A stretch of DNA of 64,000 nt, taken from the IMG/VR virus record IMGVR_UViG_3300011832_000001, positions 59,867 through 123,866 of that record; one strand, written 5' to 3'. Numbering within the stretch: the stretch's first letter is position 1; each line of letters opens with the position of its first letter. This stretch comes from a virus. Lineage: Duplodnaviria > Caudoviricetes. The notes beneath the pieces are model-generated. The model searched no databases. It worked only from the letters and a program-made list of their open reading frames with translations, and was not told where the DNA came from. The translations under genes and the position numbers were made by a program. This document shows positions 31,200 to 36,369 of the stretch, in pieces.

Positions 31200-31445
31200 A
31201 TGAAAGACCCTTTAGTATTTGATAAAAGATTCAAAGGATTTTATATTAAGTTTCAAAACTTTAATAGAACTAGAATGTTCCATGATTGGAGCTTTGCTTT
31301 CGGTGGATGTAAAGAATCCTCTAGCAGATTTAAAAATGGATATGATAAACCAAAAACGCATGATGGTAGAGATATTTACTTTTTCGCTACTTTCTTTAAT
31401 TATCAAATTTCATTTGGTCATGAAAAATTGGAGACTGTTCAATGA
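31200..31445 (+). CDS. Hypothetical protein
   Basis: AGGAGG RBS. Confidence 0.6.
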   Translation: MKDPLVFDKRFKGFYIKFQNFNRTRMFHDWSFAFGGCKESSSRFKNGYDKPKTHDGRDIYFFATFFNYQISFGHEKLETVQ

Positions 31446-31651
31446 AAACAGAAAAAGAGATTCAAGAAAGAATTGATGAACATTATAAGAAAATTAAAAT
31501 TTTTGAAAGAATCATCAAAAAGAATGGAGAAAGTTTAGGACTTACTCTAGCGATAGAAATTCAAGAGACATATATTCTAGGTTTGGAATGGGTCTTAAAT
31601 GAATCAAAGCTAGAAGACAAACTTATAAAAAAAGCTATTGACAAGAAGTAA
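31442..31651 (+). CDS. Hypothetical protein
   Basis: ATGA overlap; LEWVL motif. Confidence 0.6.
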   Translation: MKTEKEIQERIDEHYKKIKIFERIIKKNGESLGLTLAIEIQETYILGLEWVLNESKLEDKLIKKAIDKK

Positions 31652-31672
31652 GTAATATGATATAATAAGATA

Positions 31673-31797
31673 AAGACACAAACAGCAAATTTTCCAAATT
31701 ATATTTCTGCAAAAATAAGGTGGGAGTTCGAATCTTCCCTTTCCGATACTAGGTCTTGGAATGTGGTGTAATGGTAGCACAAAAATGGTGTGTCTAG
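31673..31797 (+). ncRNA. Y-like RNA copy 2 with circularly permuted tRNA-like domain (YrlA-like)
   Basis: Own promoter. AGACACA/TGTGTCT stem with AACAGCAA bulge. Inside, in order: Cys-type anticodon hairpin, T arm GGGAG-TTCGAAT-CTTCC, looped acceptor TTCC/GGAA, D arm GTG-TAATGGTAG-CAC. Confidence 0.8.
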
Positions 31798-31838
31798 TAA
31801 ATGACCTTCCTAGTGGGTCTAAATTATTTTAAATTTAA

Positions 31839-31984
31839 ATTTATTCTAGTACGGTCGCCCGTATCCCAATTGGTTAAGACGACTCAAAAAGCTGATGGCT
31901 ACCTGCCTAGTAATAGGAAATATCTACCTCAGATTAGTAGAGGGCAAACTCAGCATAAAAGGTTGGAATACCTCTAGAATAAAT
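31839..31984 (+). ncRNA. Orphan structured RNA (~145 nt)
   Basis: 11-bp closing stem ATTTATTCTAG/CTAGAATAAAT; nested GTATCCCAATT/GGTTGGAATAC and GCTGA/TCAGC; abuts a tRNA 5' end. Confidence 0.6.
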
Positions 31985-31989
31985 ATTTT

Positions 31990-32064
31990 GGACTCTTAGC
32001 TCAGAGGAAGAGCCGTCAGCTCATAACTGACAGGTCGAGATTTCGAAATTCTCAGAGTCCACCA
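31990..32064 (+). tRNA. tRNA(CAU), probably Ile2 (lysidine)
   Basis: Loop CTCATAA; GGAC acceptor resembling Bacillus tRNA-Ile2. Confidence 0.8.
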
Positions 32065-32068
32065 ATAT

Positions 32069-32139
32069 TGCTCATCTAAGGGTTTAGACTTACGTCTCAT
32101 AAGCGTGATGAAGTGGTTCAACTCCACTATGAGCAACCA
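32069..32139 (+). tRNA. tRNA-Met(CAU) with shortened D arm
   Basis: Acceptor TGCTCAT/ATGAGCA, loop CTCATAA, CCA; D arm reduced. Confidence 0.7.
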
Positions 32140-32191
32140 AATTTAATACTTGACAAATGGTTTCAAGTATGGTATAATAAGTATATAACAT

Positions 32192-32266
32192 GGGGGATTA
32201 GCTCAATTTGGTTAGAGCGTTGCACTGTCTATGCAAAGGTTGCGAGTTCAAGTCTCGTATCTCTCG
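32192..32266 (+). tRNA. tRNA-Asp(GUC)
   Basis: Cloverleaf, loop CTGTCTA, G73. Confidence 0.88.
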
Positions 32267-32335
32267 TTAGAATCTCAAGCGAAACACAAGCGAAGTTCCG
32301 TTTCTTCTATTAACGCCACTGAGGTTCTTCTAATA

Positions 32336-32413
32336 TGGCTGTCGGGAGGTTGGCATCTCAAGTAGTCTCATAAGCTACAGTAATTTGGTTCGATTCCAAA
32401 GGTTCAGCAACCA
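32336..32413 (+). tRNA. tRNA-Met(CAU) with irregular acceptor stem
   Basis: Loop CTCATAA, T arm TTTGG-TTCGATT-CCAAA, CCA; acceptor bulged. Confidence 0.6.
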
Positions 32414-32420
32414 ATTTAAG

Positions 32421-33032
32421 TTTCAATGCTTAAATAAATAAATCTACTAAACCTAGTGCAAGAATGGCGTAAGACACCATGCTAGGACGGTATCGTGTAA
32501 AATCCAATGTGGTCAAAGAGTGGGATACTGCTCATTGATGAATACACAGCACATCTTATGGCGACATAAGAATAGCCAATAGTAAAAGCTATTGTTGGTG
32601 AGGTAACGTGTGGAGCTTAATGATTCATAAAGTACAGTGAACTAGTGGCGATGACAATAGACAGTCAAAGTTTGACGTTGAAGCCTATAGCGCTTCCAAA
32701 GGGATTTGGAAGTATAGATGCGTAGGTAATCCAAAAACAAATCGCTATCCGTTGAAGCAACAGAAATGTTTTGTATAACACTAGAAACTGATGCAAGTAG
32801 CCTTATCGGATTAGTTTAATATAGAGTATATTTGAAGACTTTATGTAAAATAACTATCTGAATGTCTTCGGTGAAAGCTGTAACCCGTTGCGGTTGACAA
32901 CGCCTTGAAATGCAATAAGATGTTTCGAAGTAGCTAGCGAAGCACAGACTTATTGAGCGTTTGACTGAATAATGAAGCAGTTAAGTGAAGCAGGAGTAAA
33001 AGCCTAGTGATTTATTTATTTAAGTATTGAAA
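32421..33032 (+). ncRNA. Large structured ncRNA, ROOL-like (~610 nt)
   Basis: ORF-free, flanked by tRNAs; ~28-bp terminal stem 32421-32449 with 33005-33032; many internal hairpins. Family assigned only from size and context. Confidence 0.7.
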
Positions 33033-33039
33033 ATACTTT

Positions 33040-33114
33040 GGGGAGATAGCTGAGATAGATTAGCGAAGGTTTGAAACGCCTTAGAGGTTGGAGCGTTACC
33101 AACTCTTCCCACCA
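33040..33114 (+). tRNA. tRNA-Phe(GAA)
   Basis: Loop TTGAAAC, CCA; non-canonical D and T loops. Confidence 0.8.
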
Positions 33115-33119
33115 AATAT

Positions 33120-33210
33120 GGAGCGTTACCCAAGTCAGGTTGAAGGGGACAGGTTGCTACCTTGTTAGGCGTTAATTCGTGCGTGGGTTCAAATCCCACA
33201 CGCTCCTCCA
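33120..33210 (+). tRNA. tRNA-Ser(GCU)
   Basis: Loop TTGCTAC, long variable arm, CCA. Confidence 0.9.
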
Positions 33211-33272
33211 TTTTAAAAATAACTGTTGACAAACAGTTGATTAAATGCTATAATATAAATATAGCAAAACAT

Positions 33273-33346
33273 AGTGGTATAGCTTAATGGTAAAGCCTTT
33301 CGCTGATAACGGAAAGATGGTAGTTCAATTCTACCTACCACTACCA
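33273..33346 (+). tRNA. tRNA-Ile(GAU)
   Basis: Loop CTGATAA, CCA. Confidence 0.9.
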
Positions 33347-33351
33347 AATAC

Positions 33352-33427
33352 GTGTCCTTAGCTCAGTGGTTAGAGCGCTCGCCTGTTAAGCGAGATGTCC
33401 TCGGTTCAAATCCTGTAGGATACGCCA
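33352..33427 (+). tRNA. tRNA-Asn(GUU)
   Basis: Loop CTGTTAA, G73-CCA; T stem poorly paired. Confidence 0.8.
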
Positions 33428-33431
33428 ATAT

Positions 33432-33518
33432 GGGGATTCGCTAGAGTTGGAGAGCTAGGACGGGCTGTAACCCCGTTGCGTTTACGCTGATAGTGTTCGA
33501 ATCACTAAGTCCTCACCA
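33432..33518 (+). tRNA. tRNA-Tyr(GUA)
   Basis: Loop CTGTAAC, long variable arm, CCA. Confidence 0.9.
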
Positions 33519-33519
33519 T

Positions 33520-33593
33520 GCTTGATTAGTTTAATGGGAAAACATCTGTTTTACATGCAGAAGTCAGTGGTTCGATTCCACTATCGAGTACCA
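33520..33593 (+). tRNA. tRNA-Val(UAC)
   Basis: Loop TTTACAT, CCA. Confidence 0.9.
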
Positions 33594-33597
33594 ATAT

Positions 33598-33673
33598 GGG
33601 GAATTAGTTTACATGGATAAAACACTTGGTTTGCAACCAAGAAAAATCAGTTCAATTCTGATATTCTCCACCA
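33598..33673 (+). tRNA. tRNA-Ala(UGC)
   Basis: Loop TTTGCAA, G3.U70, CCA. Confidence 0.9.
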
Positions 33674-33679
33674 AATTAT

Positions 33680-33757
33680 GGGACGGTAGCTCAGGGGAAT
33701 TAGAGCAGTTGGCTTTTAACCAACGGGTCGAAGGTTCGAATCCTTCTCGTCTCACCA
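33680..33757 (+). tRNA. tRNA-Lys(UUU)
   Basis: Loop CTTTTAA, CCA. Confidence 0.92.
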
Positions 33758-33763
33758 TTATTA

Positions 33764-33873
33764 TTGGGAAGACAACATGGTTGGCTCTATGACGGTAGAG
33801 AGAAATATAGGTGCAACTCCTATACACTTCGGTGAGTAGTAAAATGTGAGTTCAAGTCTCACCTTCCCAACCC
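33764..33873 (+). ncRNA. tRNA-like RNA with acceptor and T arm but no anticodon arm
   Basis: TTGGGAAG/CTTCCCAA stem, T arm GTGAG-TTCAAGT-CTCAC, three internal hairpins. Confidence 0.65.
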
Positions 33874-33883
33874 TTTTAAATAT

Positions 33884-33957
33884 GGCTTCGTATTCCAATT
33901 GGCAGAGAAAACGGTCTTAGAAACCGTACAGTGTGAGTTCGAGTCTCACCGAAGCTA
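33884..33957 (+). tRNA. tRNA-Leu(UAG), short variable loop
   Basis: Loop CTTAGAA; lacks the long variable arm. Confidence 0.85.
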
Positions 33958-34036
33958 CTTAAAGACCCCTTCGAAACTGCGGTTGACGATTAAATGGTGT
34001 TATCTCTACGGAGAGCATCATCGAGGGAAATATTAT

Positions 34037-34113
34037 GTGCAATTAGCTTAATTGGAAAAAGCCCCTGACTACGAATCAGGTAGCTGTAAGTTCGAGTCTT
34101 ACATTGCACACCA
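34037..34113 (+). tRNA. tRNA-Arg(ACG)
   Basis: Loop CTACGAA, CCA. Confidence 0.9.
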
Positions 34114-34117
34114 TCAT

Positions 34118-34189
34118 GTCCCGTTAGTCAAGTGGTTAAGACGTTAGATTTTCAATCTAAAGGCAGGAGTTCGATTCTCCTACGGGGTA
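34118..34189 (+). tRNA. tRNA-Glu(UUC)
   Basis: Loop TTTTCAA. Confidence 0.88.
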
Positions 34190-34197
34190 TTTATTAT

Positions 34198-34285
34198 GGA
34201 GACGTAGACATAATTGGTATTGTGGTGCTCTTGAAAAGCATTGAGCCTAACGGCTTTGTCGGTTCGAGTCCGACCGTCTCCTCCA
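34198..34285 (+). tRNA. tRNA-Ser(UGA)
   Basis: Loop CTTGAAA, long variable arm, CCA. Confidence 0.9.
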
Positions 34286-34422
34286 TTTTGATTTTTGTGA
34301 CACGTATTAGAATTTGGGAAACAGGTTAGTTAGAGACCATCCTAATGATAAGCAAGAAAGTGTTGTAGCTTATTGCTTGATTCTAACATCATTTTTCTAG
34401 TACGTGGTCAGAGAAATCAAAA
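34286..34422 (+). ncRNA. Rod-shaped RNA with central bubble (~137 nt)
   Basis: TTTTGATTT..TGAC-ACGTATTAGAA pairs with TTCTAGTACGT-GGTCA..AAATCAAAA; inner GTTAG/CTAAC and ATAAGC/GCTTAT. Confidence 0.55.
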
Positions 34423-34476
34423 TTAATAGTTGACATTTTGGTTAATCTATGTTATAATTATATTATAAGGTTAAGA

Positions 34477-34533
34477 AAGACTCGTAAACAGCAATTTATA
34501 AAAATTAGGATGAATTTTATTAATTGAGTCTTG
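34477..34533 (+). ncRNA. Y-like RNA copy 3
   Basis: AAGACTC/GAGTCTT stem, AAACAGCAA bulge; just downstream of promoter 34430-34458. Confidence 0.72.
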
Positions 34534-34558
34534 TTACATACCTACAATGGGTAGGTCA

Positions 34559-34676
34559 AAAGCACATACAGCAATAAATTCTTACGAATTTACAAATCTG
34601 AACAAATATCAGGTATATCATCGAAAGGTGACGTGTTTGGAATCTGCTTGACGAGACGACAGATTCTTGTGCTTTG
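34559..34676 (+). ncRNA. Y-like RNA copy 4 (four-hairpin insert)
   Basis: AAAGCACA/TGTGCTTT stem, TACAGCAA bulge. Confidence 0.72.
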
Positions 34677-34684
34677 TTTATTAT

Positions 34685-34766
34685 CCTTGAGTGGCGGAAT
34701 GGCAGACGCTGAGGACTTAAAATCCTTTGTCTTTATGACGTGAGAGTTCGAGTCTCTCCTTGAGGA
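34685..34766 (+). tRNA. tRNA-Leu(UAA)
   Basis: Loop CTTAAAA, long variable arm. Confidence 0.88.
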
Positions 34767-34776
34767 CTTATATTAT

Positions 34777-34848
34777 GCGCCTATAGTTAAACGGATATAA
34801 CACATCCCTTCTAAGGATATATTCGAGGTTCGATTCCTCGTGGGCGTA
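34777..34848 (+). tRNA. tRNA-Arg(UCU)
   Basis: Loop CTTCTAA. Confidence 0.88.
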
Positions 34849-34883
34849 TTAGCAAGACATAGCTTACCATTGTAAGCAAGTTT

Positions 34884-34952
34884 TAGGCACTAACAGCAAA
34901 CTTTACACTATTAAAATTATTCGGAAAATTTAATTGAAGTAAAAGTGCCTAG
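34884..34952 (+). ncRNA. Y-like RNA copy 5
   Basis: TAGGCACT/AGTGCCTA stem, AACAGCAA bulge. Confidence 0.72.
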
Positions 34953-35066
34953 TTACATACCACTATGTCGGAATAGTGGATATGTCGGTATTGACGGATA
35001 CCGTCTAGAATGGCTTCTAATTGTCATAATGAAAGACTTGCAGACTTTAAATAGTCTGCCCTCTAT

Positions 35067-35140
35067 AGGTCTTTGGTGTAGTGGTAACACGCTGAGTTCC
35101 AACCTCAGAATCGTGGGTTCGATTCCTACAAGATTTGCCA
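35067..35140 (+). tRNA. tRNA-Trp(CCA)
   Basis: Loop TTCCAAC, G73-CCA. Confidence 0.88.
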
Positions 35141-35145
35141 ATTAT

Positions 35146-35218
35146 GTGGGATTAGTTTAACGGTAGAATATCGGTCTTCCAAACCGAAGGTGCTAGGGTT
35201 CGACCCCCTCATCCCATA
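35146..35218 (+). tRNA. tRNA-Gly(UCC)
   Basis: Loop CTTCCAA; irregular T stem. Confidence 0.75.
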
Positions 35219-35301
35219 TCAAAAAAAGAGCGAAGAAACGCATTGTTGGATAAGTCCCAACACTTCGCTCTCCATTTTTTTATAGAAAGGAGAGCTTAAG
35301 A

Positions 35302-35874
35302 GTGTGGAAAGATGTTATTGGATTTGAAGATTTATATCAAATCAATGAACATGGAGAAATCAAAAACAAAGAAGACGGTTCATTGCTAAAGTATTACATT
35401 AGTGGTTCAGGGTATAAATTCTATAAGTTTTTAGGAGATAGAACTAAGAGTCACTATGCTCATGTTTTAGTCGCTACTCATTTTATTCCAAATATTCATT
35501 CTAAGCCTGAGGTAAATCATATTGACCATGATAAATTAAATTGTCATGTAGATAACCTAGAGTGGGTTACGAGAAAAGAGAATATGGAAAAAAGTGCAGT
35601 ATTTTATGGTGGTAGAATTGAAGGTACTTGTGAGTATTGTAATAATAAGTTTATGTTTAAAAAATCAGAAGAACTTAGATTTTGTTCCATGAAGTGCTAT
35701 AACCTGAGCACAAGATTGATTGAAAGACCAAGTAAAGAAGAACTTTTAGAATTGGTAAAATCGAAACCATTTACAAAAATAGGTGAAATGTTTGGCGTAT
35801 CGGATAATGCTATTCGTAAATGGTGCGAAGATTATGGATTACCAAGAACAAAGAAAGAATTAAGAAAATTATAA
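35302..35874 (+). CDS. NUMOD4-HNH endonuclease
   Basis: WKDVIGFEDLYQINEHG; VNHIDHDKLNCHVDNLEWVT; C-terminal HTH. Confidence 0.9.
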   Translation: MWKDVIGFEDLYQINEHGEIKNKEDGSLLKYYISGSGYKFYKFLGDRTKSHYAHVLVATHFIPNIHSKPEVNHIDHDKLNCHVDNLEWVTRKENMEKSAVFYGGRIEGTCEYCNNKFMFKKSEELRFCSMKCYNLSTRLIERPSKEELLELVKSKPFTKIGEMFGVSDNAIRKWCEDYGLPRTKKELRKL

Positions 35875-35979
35875 ATAGGGAGTGGTTTTTATGCCAACTC
35901 AAAATGATTATATTCAGTGGCTAGTGAGCAATCTCCGTAAGTGAGTTTGCTCTTTTTTTATGCAGAAAGGAGTTTTTAA

Positions 35980-36369
35980 ATGTCAATTAATATTGAATAT
36001 CTTCAAGTTGGAGATTTATTAAAAGTAAAAAGAACAGAAGAGATAAAAGAAATTTCAGAAATGGAAGACGGATATATTGTAATGTCCGATAATACAACTT
36101 ATACCGTAGAAGAACTTGAAGATGTAACCTTAGAAGAGATGAACAAATATAACGAAAAAAAATATTGGGATAAGTACGATAGAGGTTATGGTGATTTCAG
36201 AGAAGGTGATATTATAAACTATAATGGGGATATTTTGGTTATCGCATCTATTGAAGAAATAGCAGGAGCAGTTTTTGTTGTATGTACAAATGGTAGGACA
36301 ATCTTTGATGTTTTAAATATGAAGATTGATACCTTTGTTGAATTAAGAAGAAAGGATGAAGAATTTTGA
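35980..36369 (+). CDS. Hypothetical protein
   Basis: AGGAG RBS. Confidence 0.6.
   Translation: MSINIEYLQVGDLLKVKRTEEIKEISEMEDGYIVMSDNTTYTVEELEDVTLEEMNKYNEKKYWDKYDRGYGDFREGDIINYNGDILVIASIEEIAGAVFVVCTNGRTIFDVLNMKIDTFVELRRKDEEF

Noticed and set aside
31890-31925. Hammerhead core in the orphan RNA (CTGATGG...GGAAA)
   Set aside because: CUGANGA is not intact and stems I/III cannot be built
30130-35160. Short ORFs overlapping the tRNA cluster (30130, 32113, 33020, 33609, 34132, 34945, 34953)
   Set aside because: Translations of tRNA sequence
30163-35218. tRNA-adjacent HDV-like (theta) ribozymes or an amber suppressor tRNA
   Set aside because: Could not build the nested double pseudoknot after the tRNA 3' ends I tried; no CUA anticodon found
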